A DNA stretch of 64,000 nucleotides, taken from assembly GCA_902530885.1 (NCBI GenBank), contig CACABZ010000002.1:2692-66691 (forward strand), read 5' to 3'. Positions 31,490-42,860 of this stretch are shown piece after piece. The DNA comes from an uncultured Pelagibacteraceae bacterium. Its GTDB lineage: Bacteria > Pseudomonadota > Alphaproteobacteria > Pelagibacterales > Pelagibacteraceae. Position numbers and translations under genes: made by a program. Under the pieces are notes generated by a model, which was not told the DNA's origin, ran no database searches, and worked only from the letters and a program-made list of their open reading frames with translations. Each line of letters begins with the position of its first letter. Position 1 is the stretch's first letter.

Positions 31490-32613
31490 TGTTTCAGCCT
31501 AGATCGATACAGTCAAATTTAACTTTTAGAGATAAATTTTTTTCTATAGACTTTATTTTGGTCACAGCAATTTTTGTGTTGGGTGTAGTAAGTATGTTTG
31601 CAATGTATTCTACTGATGGTGGCGAATTTAAGTATCACACAAAAAGTCACATTATAAGATTTGGTGTTTTCTTTTTGATGTTTTTTATTATTTCTTTTTT
31701 TCAAATAAGATTTTGGTATCAAACAAGCACTTTGATGTATGTTTCATTTTTTATTTTGTTATTAGGCGTAAAGTATTTTGGACTGACATCTTCTGGCTCT
31801 CAAAGGTGGTTAAATTTTTATTTTATGAATTTACAACCCTCTGAACTTATGAAAATAGGCTTAATTGCTTTTTTAGCTAAATATTATCATAGAATACCAG
31901 CGCAAGATGTTAATAAAATTAAATTTTTATTTTTACCTATAGTTGCTTTAGTTTCACCTGTTCTTTTAGTTGTGGCGCAACCAGATCTAGGAACGTCTAT
32001 ACTAATTGCTCTAGGAGGTATAACAGTTGCTTGGCTTGCTGGTGTTAGAGTTAAATTTTTTGCATATGCCTCAATACTCTTTATTTCTTTAATGCCAATT
32101 GCTATTTCTTTTCTCAAACCTTATCAAAAAGCAAGAATTTTGACATTTTTAAACCCTGATAGAGACCCACTTGGTGCTGGTTATCAGATTATCCAATCAA
32201 AAATTGCCATCGGATCGGGCGGGTTATTTGGAAAAGGTTTTTTAAATGGTTCTCAAAGCTACCTCGATTATCTACCTGAAAAACACACAGACTTTATATT
32301 TACCTTATTCTCTGAGGAATTTGGTTTTTTAGGGTCTATCTTTATTCTTTTGCTTTATGTCTTGATTATAGTAAGAATAATCAGCATTGGAAACCTAACA
32401 AGAAGTAACTTTGGTAAGCTTTACTGCTACAGCTTTGCTACCGCCTTTTTTATTTATGTAACGGTAAACATGGGAATGGTTTTAGGTCTTCTACCTATTG
32501 TTGGTGCACCTCTACCTATAATGTCATATGGGGGGTCTTCAATGATGGCCATTATGCTAGGCTTAGGAATAGTAATGTCCTGCAAAATATATAAAGATAC
32601 CCCTGTAAACTGA
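31489..32613 (+). CDS. rodA: Peptidoglycan polymerase RodA
   Basis: QPSELMK, QPDLGT, LPEKHTDFIF, SYGGSS. Confidence 0.96.
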   Translation: MFQPRSIQSNLTFRDKFFSIDFILVTAIFVLGVVSMFAMYSTDGGEFKYHTKSHIIRFGVFFLMFFIISFFQIRFWYQTSTLMYVSFFILLLGVKYFGLTSSGSQRWLNFYFMNLQPSELMKIGLIAFLAKYYHRIPAQDVNKIKFLFLPIVALVSPVLLVVAQPDLGTSILIALGGITVAWLAGVRVKFFAYASILFISLMPIAISFLKPYQKARILTFLNPDRDPLGAGYQIIQSKIAIGSGGLFGKGFLNGSQSYLDYLPEKHTDFIFTLFSEEFGFLGSIFILLLYVLIIVRIISIGNLTRSNFGKLYCYSFATAFFIYVTVNMGMVLGLLPIVGAPLPIMSYGGSSMMAIMLGLGIVMSCKIYKDTPVN

Positions 32614-32715
32614 ATACCATTTTTAAATCAAATTAGGGACCAAAATGAACAAAAATATTTTAAATTAGTACTTGCTTTAATTTCTTTTAGATGATCTAAT
32701 TTTAATAATAAAATT

Positions 32716-33171
32716 ATGTTTGGTGATAAAAAATCAATAAAAGATACAGAACGATCATTAATAAGTGAAACTGTTAGTATTGATGGTACAGTTAATAGCT
32801 CTGGAGCTATAGATATTGCAGGACTAGTTAAAGGTCCAGTTTACTCAAAAGAGATAGTAATTAAAGAAACAGGTTCAATTTCAGGAGGCGTTGAAGCCGA
32901 GACTGTCGAAATTCATGGACATCTAGATGGCAAAGTTTCAGCTGATAATGTTGTCATAGGTTCCTCGGGCGTTGTAAAGGGAGACATAGAGTTTTCAAAT
33001 AATTTAAGAACAGAAAATGGCGCTGATATAGAAGGATACATCAAAAAAACAGCTTCCAAGAGCAAAATCACTGGAGACTTTTTATTCTCTAAATCAAAAG
33101 AAGAGAAAAAGGTTAAGAAAAACGGTAAGCCAGAAACCACAGTGAATAAAGAGAGCGAAGCTCTAGTCTAA
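32716..33171 (+). CDS. Bactofilin (polymer-forming cytoskeletal protein)
   Basis: SLIS..V.I.G beta-helix repeats, GA.IEG. Confidence 0.88.
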   Translation: MFGDKKSIKDTERSLISETVSIDGTVNSSGAIDIAGLVKGPVYSKEIVIKETGSISGGVEAETVEIHGHLDGKVSADNVVIGSSGVVKGDIEFSNNLRTENGADIEGYIKKTASKSKITGDFLFSKSKEEKKVKKNGKPETTVNKESEALV

Positions 33172-33218
33172 TTCATCGCACTATAATAAATCAGTTTTTT
33201 AAATTATAGTTCATTCAA

Positions 33219-34466
33219 ATGACAAATTATAAGTGTAGCTCCGTTGGAGTTATTGGCGCTGGTATCCAGGGAGTTTGCATTGGATTGCAGTTGGCAAAAA
33301 AAGGAATTCCAGTTACAATTTTTGATAAGAAAGATCCAGGTAGCATGAGTTCTTATGGAAATGCTGGGCATTTTTCACCTTATGCAGTCGTACAATTAAA
33401 TCGTCCTGATGTAATCTCTGATGTTCCAAAAATGTTACTTAGCTCATATGGACCGCTTGCTTTAAAATGGAATTATATTCCAAAAATGATACCTTGGATT
33501 TTTCATTATCTTAAATCATCTACCTCTAAATCAATGATGCATACTGCGAAATATATGCACCAAATACTAGATCTATCACTAAATGCGTATGATGAAATTT
33601 TAGAAGAAATTGATACAACCAATTTAGTAGAAAGAAAAGGAATAATATACATTTGGACTAATAAAAATCTAAAAAGTAGAAATTTAGAAATAAAAATCAG
33701 AAATCAGCTGGGTATTAAACAAAAACTATTGAGCCAGAAAGAAATTTTAGACTTGGAGCCAAACCTTAATCCAGTTTTTGATGGGGGAGTGATTTATGAT
33801 TATGCTTACCATGCCAGAGATCCAAAAGGAATAACAAAAAAACTTTTTGAACTTTTTATTAAATACGGTGGAAAATTTAACAAAAACGAAGTAATTGAGA
33901 TTGAACAAAATAAAGTTAATCAGACATTAGTCAAAACTCATTCTTCAAATTATAACTTTGAAAAGATAGTTTTAGCTTGCGGAGCCTTTTCAAAAAAATT
34001 GACAGATAAATTAGGAGAAAAAATTCCTTTAGATACTGAAAGAGGGTACCATATTCATTACAAAAAAATGGATCATTTACTTAAAAGGCCAGTAATTTTT
34101 CTAGATAGGGGTTTTGGAATGACTCCAATGAATCAAGGTTTAAGAGCTGTAGGAACAGTGGAACTGGGTGGACTGGACAATCCAATTTCAAAAAAAAGAA
34201 TTGATTATATAGACAAATGTGCGAAAGAATTACTCCCTCAGCTAGGAGATTATCAAGATGAGTGGTTAGGTTTTAGACCAACTCTTCCAGATTTTTTACC
34301 TATTATTGGACCTTCATTAAAAAATAAAAACATTATCTACGCTTTTGGTCATCATCATTTGGGCTGGACTCTCGGTGCAATAACTGGAAAGATTGTTTCA
34401 GGAATAATAAATGAAGAGAAAACTAATTTAGATTTGTCTCCTTATAGTTCCGCAAGGTTTAATTAG
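33219..34466 (+). CDS. FAD-dependent oxidoreductase, D-amino acid dehydrogenase (DadA)-like
   Basis: GAGIQG, SYGNAG, ERGYH, W.GFRPTLPD, GHHHLGWT. Confidence 0.88.
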   Translation: MTNYKCSSVGVIGAGIQGVCIGLQLAKKGIPVTIFDKKDPGSMSSYGNAGHFSPYAVVQLNRPDVISDVPKMLLSSYGPLALKWNYIPKMIPWIFHYLKSSTSKSMMHTAKYMHQILDLSLNAYDEILEEIDTTNLVERKGIIYIWTNKNLKSRNLEIKIRNQLGIKQKLLSQKEILDLEPNLNPVFDGGVIYDYAYHARDPKGITKKLFELFIKYGGKFNKNEVIEIEQNKVNQTLVKTHSSNYNFEKIVLACGAFSKKLTDKLGEKIPLDTERGYHIHYKKMDHLLKRPVIFLDRGFGMTPMNQGLRAVGTVELGGLDNPISKKRIDYIDKCAKELLPQLGDYQDEWLGFRPTLPDFLPIIGPSLKNKNIIYAFGHHHLGWTLGAITGKIVSGIINEEKTNLDLSPYSSARFN

Positions 34467-34474
34467 GGGTTAAT

Positions 34475-35368
34475 TTGTCAAAAAATTACTTAGCATATTC
34501 ATTACTTGTGTTTGCAACATTATGTTGGTCGGGTAATTTTATAGTAGGTAAATTTGCTTATCTATTTGAAGTACCTCCATTAACTTTAAATTTTTTAAGA
34601 TGGGTTTCGGTTTGGCTAATTTTAATTCCATTTACTTATAAAGAAATTTTCAACAATTATAATTACATTAAAAAAAATTGGATGGTAATAAGTTTTATGG
34701 GAGTTATAACAATAAGCACGTTTAACTCTGTAGTGTATTTTGCACTGAACTATACTCAAGTAATAAACGCAGTATTAGTTCTTGCTGCAATTCCAGCTGT
34801 GACGATAATTGTTTCATCCATTATGAAAGTAGATAAAACAAATATTTTTCAATTAATAGGACTATTATTATCAATTATAGGAATTAGCGCAATTATTTCA
34901 AATGCTGACCTGAATAAGATTTTATCTTTAAGCTTTAATAAAGGGGATATATGGATGTTGGTTTGTGTTCTTTCATGGTCAATTTATTCAACATTACTAA
35001 AGAAACATAGTTTTAAATTTTCTCAATTTACTTTAATACAATTGATGGTCACTGTCGGAATAATATTTTTAATTCCACAATTTTTTTATGAAAGATCAAT
35101 TGGTCTAGAAGTAAATTTCAATAAAGCGTTTTTCGTTATTCTCTTTTATGTTGTAATTTTCCCTGCGTTAGCGGCTTATTACTGCTGGCAAAAAGGGGTA
35201 GAAATAGTGGGACCAAATAGAGCAACAATGTTTGTTCAATTGATGCCATTACTGAGTGCTATATTAGCAATTGTAATATTTAGAGAAAAACTTGAATTGC
35301 ACCACTTTATAGGCGCTTCATTTATTTTATCAGGCATTTATTTGTCTAATAGGAAAGTATATGCTTAA
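34475..35368 (+). CDS. DMT/EamA family transporter
   Basis: 10-TM pattern, WSGNFIVGK, GDIWML. Confidence 0.88.
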   Translation: MSKNYLAYSLLVFATLCWSGNFIVGKFAYLFEVPPLTLNFLRWVSVWLILIPFTYKEIFNNYNYIKKNWMVISFMGVITISTFNSVVYFALNYTQVINAVLVLAAIPAVTIIVSSIMKVDKTNIFQLIGLLLSIIGISAIISNADLNKILSLSFNKGDIWMLVCVLSWSIYSTLLKKHSFKFSQFTLIQLMVTVGIIFLIPQFFYERSIGLEVNFNKAFFVILFYVVIFPALAAYYCWQKGVEIVGPNRATMFVQLMPLLSAILAIVIFREKLELHHFIGASFILSGIYLSNRKVYA

Positions 35369-36311
35369 AGTTGCTGTCTTAGATGATTATCAAAATGTGT
35401 TTCACCAATTAATTAATACAAAAGAATACGAAAAAAAATATAAATTTATTTCTTTTAATAAAGCTTTTCAAACTGAGTTAGAGACAATTGAAGCTTTAAA
35501 AGATTTCGAAGTTTTATTTTTAATGAGAGAGAGAACTAAAATATCGAAAACCTTAATTGAAAATTTACCAAAATTAAAGTTCATTATGACATCAGGAATG
35601 AGAAATCAGGCAATCGATTTATCATCAACTAAAGAAAAAAATATTATTGTTTGTGGCACAGAAATAAATCCTAATCCAGCTGCAGAAATTACATGGCTGT
35701 TAATACTTGGACTATTGAGAAATATTAAGCAAGAAGTTGATAATATGTTTCAAGGTTATTGGCAATCTACAATAGGGTACGAACTTAAAGGGAAAAGATT
35801 AGGATTAATAGGTTTAGGAAAGATTGGAACTCAAGTAGCTATTGTCGGCAAAGCTTTTGGTATGGAAGTTTCTGCTTGGAGCGAAAATTTAAATCTATCA
35901 GATGCTAATAAATTAGGTGTTTTACCAATGAGTAAAGAAGATTTAATCAAAACATCTGATATTATATCAATCCACATAGTATTAAATGAAAATTACAAAA
36001 ATTTGATAACAAAAAAAGAATTTGAAATAATGAAAAATACTTCATTTATAATTAACACTTCTAGAGGAGAGATAATTAATGAAAATGATTTAATTGAAGC
36101 TCTTAAAAACGATGAAATTGCAGGCGCTGGTTTAGACGTTTATGGACAAGAGCCTTTACCACAAGATCATAAATTAAGATTTCTGCCAAATGCATTATTA
36201 TTGCCGCACATAGGCTTTGTCACTGTGGAGAATTATGGGAAGTTTTATTTTCAAATGATCGAAAGCCTAGATTCATGTACTAATAATGAGCCGATTCGAA
36301 AAATAAAGTAA
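35361..36311 (+). CDS. D-2-hydroxyacid dehydrogenase family protein
   Basis: VAVLDDYQ, GLGKIG, INTSRG, GLDV..EPL, PHIG. Confidence 0.9.
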   Translation: MLKVAVLDDYQNVFHQLINTKEYEKKYKFISFNKAFQTELETIEALKDFEVLFLMRERTKISKTLIENLPKLKFIMTSGMRNQAIDLSSTKEKNIIVCGTEINPNPAAEITWLLILGLLRNIKQEVDNMFQGYWQSTIGYELKGKRLGLIGLGKIGTQVAIVGKAFGMEVSAWSENLNLSDANKLGVLPMSKEDLIKTSDIISIHIVLNENYKNLITKKEFEIMKNTSFIINTSRGEIINENDLIEALKNDEIAGAGLDVYGQEPLPQDHKLRFLPNALLLPHIGFVTVENYGKFYFQMIESLDSCTNNEPIRKIK

Positions 36312-36415
36312 AATAAGTATTACAATTTCTGGTTGTTTTTGTTAAGCTCAATGTGAGCTAGAGATTTGTTTTTTACTGGAAATAAGAGTGTATAAATTTA
36401 TAAGCAAAAGGAAGT

Positions 36416-36757
36416 ATGAGAAAAATATTATTAGGATTTGCAGGAATTTTGTTCTTAACAGGTTGTGTTGAGACTATGGCATTCATAGGACCTACTTCAT
36501 CAGCAGTAGGTGGAGGAAATGTTATGAGATCTTCATTGACTTCAGCCATAGACCTAGGCATTAAGAAAACAACAGGCAAATCAACATTTGAGCATGCAGT
36601 GTCTTTTTCTCAAGAACATAACCCTGAAAAGAAAAAAGAAAAATGTGTTTCATTTCTGGAAGCTACCGAAAGTGAAGTATGTGCATTATTAAAAAATAAA
36701 GTCTCAATGCTTAGAAGTAAAATTAATGAAAATTCAAAAATTAAAGTTCTAGATTAA
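36416..36757 (+). CDS. Hypothetical lipoprotein
   Basis: LTGC lipobox, KKTTGKS. Confidence 0.75.
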   Translation: MRKILLGFAGILFLTGCVETMAFIGPTSSAVGGGNVMRSSLTSAIDLGIKKTTGKSTFEHAVSFSQEHNPEKKKEKCVSFLEATESEVCALLKNKVSMLRSKINENSKIKVLD

Positions 36758-36798
36758 ATTTACTGGCTCACTTTCAAAATTTTTGATACCTTAAAGAA

Positions 36799-38049
36799 GT
36801 GAAAAAAAAATATTCAATAGCAAGTATTGTCAAAAATTCATTTTCCAATAATGAACGTTGGGAAAAAATGTGGAGAAATCCCAACCCCAAAAAACACTAT
36901 GATGTTATTATAGTTGGTGGCGGAGGACACGGTTTAGGCACAGCTTATTATTTAGCCAAAGAACATGGAGTTAAAAATATTGCTGTAATTGAAAAGGGTT
37001 GGTTGGGGAGTGGAAACACAGGAAGAAACACTACAATCATAAGGTCAAATTATTTATGGGATGAAAGTGCTTATTTATACGATCACGCTGTTAAACTCTG
37101 GGAGAACTTGTCTGAAGATTTAAATTATAACATGATGTTCAGCCAGAGAGGGGTTTTAAACTTAGCTCACAACGAGCACGATATAAAAGAAATCAAAAGA
37201 AGAGTTTCAGCCAACAGATTAAATGGTTTGGACACAATGTGGTTGGACAAAAATGAAGTTAAAGATTTAGTTCCTATAATGAACACAGATAATTTAAGAT
37301 ACCCTGTTCTTGGAGCCGCTTATCAACCAAGAGGTGGAGTTGCAAGGCACGATGCTGTTGCTTGGGGTTATGCAATGAGAGCTGATGAGCTTGGTGTAGA
37401 TATAATTCAAAATTGTGAAGTTAAAGGAATAAAAACTGATAATTACAAAGTTGAGGGAGTAGAAACTACCAAAGGTTTTATTAAATCGAAAAAAATTGGT
37501 GTAGTAGCCTCTGGGCATACTAGCGTGCTAGCAGCTACAGCAGGAATAAGACTTCCACTACAAAGCAGACCATTACAAGCTTTAGTTTCGGAACCAATTA
37601 AACCGGTTATTAATACTGTTGTGATGTCGAACGCTGTGCACGCATATGTAAGTCAATCGGATAAAGGTGAATTAGTAATTGGAGCGGGTACAGATGGTTA
37701 TAATTCTTTTACTCAAAGAGGAGGATATGATGTAATTGAAGAAACTGTTAGAGCTATTGTAGAGCTTTACCCAATCTTTGGTAAAATGAAGATGTTAAGA
37801 CAATGGGGCGGCATAGTAGATATTTGTCCAGATGCAAGTCCTATTATCAGCAAATGCGATGTGGAAGGATTGTATTTTAATTGTGGTTGGGGTACTGGTG
37901 GATTTAAAGCTACTCCAGGAAGTGCTAATGTTTTTGCCCATACAATTGCTAAAGACGAACCACATAAAATTAACGCACCATTTGCACTAAGTAGATTTTC
38001 TGATGGTAGACTAATCGATGAGCATGGTGCAGCAGCTGTAGCACATTAA
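36799..38049 (+). CDS. soxB: Heterotetrameric sarcosine oxidase family beta subunit
   Basis: [42 protein letters not shown]. Confidence 0.95.
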   Translation: MKKKYSIASIVKNSFSNNERWEKMWRNPNPKKHYDVIIVGGGGHGLGTAYYLAKEHGVKNIAVIEKGWLGSGNTGRNTTIIRSNYLWDESAYLYDHAVKLWENLSEDLNYNMMFSQRGVLNLAHNEHDIKEIKRRVSANRLNGLDTMWLDKNEVKDLVPIMNTDNLRYPVLGAAYQPRGGVARHDAVAWGYAMRADELGVDIIQNCEVKGIKTDNYKVEGVETTKGFIKSKKIGVVASGHTSVLAATAGIRLPLQSRPLQALVSEPIKPVINTVVMSNAVHAYVSQSDKGELVIGAGTDGYNSFTQRGGYDVIEETVRAIVELYPIFGKMKMLRQWGGIVDICPDASPIISKCDVEGLYFNCGWGTGGFKATPGSANVFAHTIAKDEPHKINAPFALSRFSDGRLIDEHGAAAVAH

Positions 38050-38051
38050 AC

Positions 38052-38402
38052 ATGATTATAATAAAATGTCCATATTGTGGAGAAAGAGACCAGTCAGAGT
38101 TTTCTAATGGCGGTGAAGCTCATGTAGTTAGACCAAATAATCCAGAAAGTTTATCTGATAAAGATTGGGGAGAGTACGTATTTTTTAGAAATAATCCCAA
38201 AGGTATTTTTTATGAAAGATGGGTTCATTCTCATGGCTGTAAAAAATGGTTCAATGCTGTAAGAAATACCTCAACCGATGAAATACTTAAAATTTATAAA
38301 CTTAAAGAAAAAAGACCTGAAATTACTGAATTTAAAAATTGTTTAAAATCTCCATCTGGTGAACCTAAGGTAGGATCTGGAAATTTTACGGTAAAAAAAT
38401 AG
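38052..38402 (+). CDS. soxD: Sarcosine oxidase delta subunit
   Basis: CPYCGER..EF..GGEAH, ERWVHSHGC..WFNA.RNT. Confidence 0.95.
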   Translation: MIIIKCPYCGERDQSEFSNGGEAHVVRPNNPESLSDKDWGEYVFFRNNPKGIFYERWVHSHGCKKWFNAVRNTSTDEILKIYKLKEKRPEITEFKNCLKSPSGEPKVGSGNFTVKK

Positions 38403-38405
38403 TAA

Positions 38406-41390
38406 ATGACTGCCTTAAGAAACCATAACTGTAATTATATTTCAAACGTTAAAATTAATTTTAAATTTGATGGAAAGTCTTATTTTGCTTATGAAGGAGA
38501 TACAATAGCATCAGCATTACTAAGAAATAATATTAGATTAGTTGGTAGAAGTTTTAAATATCATAGACCTAGAGGTATTTATACTTGTGGTATTGAAGAA
38601 CCAAATGCATTAGTTCAAATTATTAGTGAGCATAATGAGCCTAATACAAGGGCTACAATTAAACGTGTATACGATGGTATGGTGATCACTAGCCAAAATC
38701 GATGGCCATCTTTAAGTTATGATTTTGGAGCTATAAACAACATCTTATCACCGATTTTTTCAGCAGGTTTTTACTATAAAACTTTCATGGGTCCCAAAGG
38801 ATTTTGGAAAAATATTTACGAACCTTTAATAAGACGGTCAGCAGGACTTGGGAAACCTCCAAAAAATTTTAGATCTAAAAGTATTCATCAAAATCATAAC
38901 ACTGATATTTTGATAATAGGTGCAGGACTTAGCGGTTTAATAGCAGCTCGAAAGTTTGTAAATACAAAGTACAAAGTTTTAATGATTGAACAAGATAGTT
39001 TTTTAGGTGGAATATTAAAAAATTCAAATAAGGTTGATACAATTAATGGGTTAAACTCATCTGAATGGTTAGAGGAAACTGAAAAATTATTGAGCAAAGC
39101 TCAAAATATTAAAATTTTAAGAAATACGTTGGTCACCACATATAATTTCACTAATCACTTTGTCGCCCTTGAAGATAAATTTGCTGGTAAAAAAATTGAT
39201 TTAAATAAATCTGAGCTCACCTTACACAAAATAAGAACCTCAAATACCATTTTGTGCAATGGTCACATTGAAAGGTTTATTTCATTTAGAAATAATGATT
39301 TACCAGGAGTCATGTTAGCATCATCATTTGAAAAATATATACATAGATATGGAGTCGTGCCTGAGGAAAGGCCAGTAATATTCACTAACAATTCATCTTC
39401 TATGAGTTTATTAAACTCGATGTTAAGTTTAGGTTGCAAACCAGAAGCCTATGTTGATTCCAGAAAAAATGAAGAAATTGAAACCGATATTAAAAAAATT
39501 TTGAAAGAAAACAATATACCATCTTATTTTGAGGCAGAAATTGAAGGATGTGATGGAAATAAGAAAATTGAAAAAATAACTATTAGAAAAGGTAAAATAT
39601 TTATTAAAATAAAAAGCTCAATGCTTTGTGTCTCTGGTGGATATAATCCGGATATACACTTATTTACGCAATCAAAGGGTTTATTAAAATGGGATAAAAA
39701 TATTGCATCATTTAAACCAGATACTCCTTTTCAAAAAACCCTGACACTTGGTTCAGTAAGTGGAAATTATAATTTTAATAAATTATGTGATGAAATTAAT
39801 GAGAAGCTATCATTCTTAAATACTGCAAAATTAGATTTTGAAATTAAACTTAATGTTTCAAATAAATACTCAATCAAAGAACTATGGGAGACAAAAAGTA
39901 AAATAAATTCTAACTGGTCCAAATCTTTTATTGATCTTCATAACGATGTGACAATAAAAGATTTAAAACAAGCAATATCAGAAGGTTTTGATCGTATTGA
40001 ACATTTAAAAAGATATACAACTAACAGCATGGGCACAGACCAAGGAAAAATAAGTAGTATTAACTCTTTAGCTGTAGTTTCAAAGCTTTTGAAAAAAGAA
40101 ATATCAGAGGTTGGAACTACGACTTATAGGCCGCCATATGCGCCATTAAGTTTTGCCGCTATTGCTGGTAGAAGCACTTATGAATTTTATGATCCACAAA
40201 GAAAAACATCAATTCATTCTTGGCATTTAAAGAATAATGCTGTCTTTGAAGATGTTGGTCAATGGAAAAGACCTTGGTATTTTAAAACTCATGATAAAGA
40301 GACCATGCATCAAGCAGTTCAAAGAGAGTCCAAAATGTTAAGAGAAAACTCAGGAATATTAGATGGAAGCACTTTGGGTAAAATTGAAATTAAAGGTCGA
40401 GATGCATTAGAGTTTATGAATCTCATGTATACAAATGCATTTACAAAAATGAAGCCGATGACATCTAGATATGCAATGATGCTCGGAGAAGATGGCATGA
40501 TCAAAGATGATGGTATAATTTGTAAACTTAGCGATCAACATTTTATAGCCACAACAACATCAAGTGGAGCCCCTAAAGTTCTTGCACATATGGAAGAGTA
40601 TTTGCAAACTGAGTGGCCACATCTCCAAGTTTATTTAAATTCAATAACAGAGCAATTCTCAACATTTAATATAAGTGGACCAAAAACAAGAGAAATAATG
40701 AGGAAAGTATTTCCAAATATAGATTTTAGTAATGAAGCTTTCCCCTTTATGTCTTTTAAAAATTTTGATTACAAAGATACTAAAATTAGAATTATGAGAG
40801 CTAGTTTTACAGGTGAATTAGGTTATGAAATCTATATCTCCCCGAAATATGGTTTAGAACTTTGGGAAGAAATGTTTTCTTGTGGAAGAGAGTTTAATTT
40901 AATTCCATATGGTACAGAAACAATGCATTTGCTCAGAGCAGAAAAGGGATACATAGTTATTGGTCAAGAAACAGACGGCACAGTTACTCCTATAGATTTA
41001 AATTATAATTGGATGATAGGAAAAAATAAAAAAGACTTTATAGGCAAAAGGTCTCTTTCTCGACCAGATACATCTAGGGAGGACAGAAAACAACTTGTTG
41101 GTCTTTCACCAATAAATAAAACAGACACTATAGAAGAAGGACAACATATTGTTGAATTAAATGAGTTACCAAAAAAAATTAAAAATCCAATTAAATATCT
41201 TGGACATGTTTCTTCAGGTTATTACAGTCCAAATTTAAATCATTCAATCGGTCTTGCGATGATTAGAGGGGGAAAAAATTTATTGGGTAAAAAATTTTTT
41301 GTAACTGTTTCGGGAAAAACTAAAAACATCCCAGTCGAAGTAGTAAATCCAGTTTTTGTTGACCCTGAGAATAAAAGGCTAATTTCATGA
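38406..41390 (+). CDS. soxA: Sarcosine oxidase alpha subunit
   Basis: GRSFKYHRPRG, EHLKRYTT..MGTDQGK, GcvT-like C-terminal domain. Confidence 0.95.
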   Translation: MTALRNHNCNYISNVKINFKFDGKSYFAYEGDTIASALLRNNIRLVGRSFKYHRPRGIYTCGIEEPNALVQIISEHNEPNTRATIKRVYDGMVITSQNRWPSLSYDFGAINNILSPIFSAGFYYKTFMGPKGFWKNIYEPLIRRSAGLGKPPKNFRSKSIHQNHNTDILIIGAGLSGLIAARKFVNTKYKVLMIEQDSFLGGILKNSNKVDTINGLNSSEWLEETEKLLSKAQNIKILRNTLVTTYNFTNHFVALEDKFAGKKIDLNKSELTLHKIRTSNTILCNGHIERFISFRNNDLPGVMLASSFEKYIHRYGVVPEERPVIFTNNSSSMSLLNSMLSLGCKPEAYVDSRKNEEIETDIKKILKENNIPSYFEAEIEGCDGNKKIEKITIRKGKIFIKIKSSMLCVSGGYNPDIHLFTQSKGLLKWDKNIASFKPDTPFQKTLTLGSVSGNYNFNKLCDEINEKLSFLNTAKLDFEIKLNVSNKYSIKELWETKSKINSNWSKSFIDLHNDVTIKDLKQAISEGFDRIEHLKRYTTNSMGTDQGKISSINSLAVVSKLLKKEISEVGTTTYRPPYAPLSFAAIAGRSTYEFYDPQRKTSIHSWHLKNNAVFEDVGQWKRPWYFKTHDKETMHQAVQRESKMLRENSGILDGSTLGKIEIKGRDALEFMNLMYTNAFTKMKPMTSRYAMMLGEDGMIKDDGIICKLSDQHFIATTTSSGAPKVLAHMEEYLQTEWPHLQVYLNSITEQFSTFNISGPKTREIMRKVFPNIDFSNEAFPFMSFKNFDYKDTKIRIMRASFTGELGYEIYISPKYGLELWEEMFSCGREFNLIPYGTETMHLLRAEKGYIVIGQETDGTVTPIDLNYNWMIGKNKKDFIGKRSLSRPDTSREDRKQLVGLSPINKTDTIEEGQHIVELNELPKKIKNPIKYLGHVSSGYYSPNLNHSIGLAMIRGGKNLLGKKFFVTVSGKTKNIPVEVVNPVFVDPENKRLIS

Positions 41391-41920
41391 CAGAAATAAC
41401 TTCAACATCTGGGGTAAACATTACTCAAAAATATTATCATCAAATAATAATAAGAGGCAATGGTTTAGAAAAGTTTAATAATATTATTGAAGAGAAAACT
41501 TCAATAAAACCACCTTTAAAAAATTTAGAGATCAAATATGATTCAAACTATTTATTCGGCAAGAATTCTTTTGATCAGTGGAGTTTAATTTTAATTACAA
41601 AAAAAGACCATCAACAAATTTTAAATTTAGTATCTTCCATTAATACAAATGAAAATATGTTAGCTTCTGATTACTCTCATGGACAAGCATACTTTGAAAT
41701 AGAAGGTGAAAATAAAGAGATTTTTTTAAACAAATTAACTCATTTTGATTTACGAGAAGAAAAGTTTCCAAAGTCTACTATGGCTCAAACCACGATAGCA
41801 AGAATTGAGTGCTCAATATATAATTTAGGAAATAAGTTCGTTATAACTTGTAATAAGTCTTATGAGGATTATTTTCAAAAAAGATTAAAAGATACGGCTT
41901 TATTAAGTAACGCCTCTTGA
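41387..41920 (+). CDS. soxG: Sarcosine oxidase gamma subunit (divergent)
   Basis: Follows soxA; D.SHG, DLRE..FP...AQT.IARI, SY.DY. Confidence 0.75.
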   Translation: MTEITSTSGVNITQKYYHQIIIRGNGLEKFNNIIEEKTSIKPPLKNLEIKYDSNYLFGKNSFDQWSLILITKKDHQQILNLVSSINTNENMLASDYSHGQAYFEIEGENKEIFLNKLTHFDLREEKFPKSTMAQTTIARIECSIYNLGNKFVITCNKSYEDYFQKRLKDTALLSNAS

Positions 41921-42814
41921 ATACCTAAACATTTTACGCCTAGTATTTAAACCATAGTAAATAATAGAAAAAGTCATAAAACCACCACCTATAAATGTGT
42001 TTACACTGGGTACCTCATTAATTCCAAACAAGGGTAACCAAACCCAAAATATTCCAGCCAAAACCTCAGTAAGAGATAATAAAGTTAACTCAGCAGCAGG
42101 TAAAAATTTTGATTTCAAAGAATATAATATTAATCCTGAGCAAACTAAAAAGCCATGTAAGGAAGATAGAGATGAATTTTTTAGTGAAATAAATATATTA
42201 TCTCCTTTAAATATGAGAACTATTATCGCAACGAGGGTACAGAAAAGACCACCCATTGCAACCGTTGTTAATTTTGGAGTATTTTTTCGCCATCTAAGAG
42301 TTACCGTATATCCTGCAAATCCAAGTGAAGACAACAGTCCATTTATTAAACCGAACAATGTACCACCATTTTTACTGTCAAATGAGATAAATATTATTCC
42401 TATAGCTGCTATTGAAATTGAAATTAATGTTGGCTTTGATATTTTTTCTTTCAAAAAAATGTAAGCTAAAATTGATGCTAAAAAAGGCATTGCTGCTAGC
42501 ATTAACAAAGTTATTGCTGCTTCAGTTGCTATTATTGATAGAATAAATGTGACTTTGGCAATTCCTAAACATATACCACCTATAAATCCAGACAATCCTA
42601 TTTTATTATAATTTTTTGTAAATTTTTTCCCCTCAATTAAAAACAAATAAATATTTAAAACTAAAAAAATTACTGAACCTCTAAAAAATAAATACTGCCA
42701 AGCAATTAGTTCTGCTCCATTAATGTTTCTTACAACAAGTGGCCCAAAAGACCAAAAGATACCAGCTATTAAAACTATGATAGCAGCAGGACTATTTTCT
42801 ATGATTTTTAACAT
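41903..42814 (-). CDS. DMT/EamA family transporter
   Basis: 10-TM pattern, WSFGPLVVR, FLKEKI, E.PS; ATG at 42814 preferred. Confidence 0.85.
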   Translation of the reverse strand: MLKIIENSPAAIIVLIAGIFWSFGPLVVRNINGAELIAWQYLFFRGSVIFLVLNIYLFLIEGKKFTKNYNKIGLSGFIGGICLGIAKVTFILSIIATEAAITLLMLAAMPFLASILAYIFLKEKISKPTLISISIAAIGIIFISFDSKNGGTLFGLINGLLSSLGFAGYTVTLRWRKNTPKLTTVAMGGLFCTLVAIIVLIFKGDNIFISLKNSSLSSLHGFLVCSGLILYSLKSKFLPAAELTLLSLTEVLAGIFWVWLPLFGINEVPSVNTFIGGGFMTFSIIYYGLNTRRKMFRYSRGVT

Positions 42815-42860
42815 TTCGGAAAGCAATTATGCTTTCTTTAGGATAAATGCAACAATTATT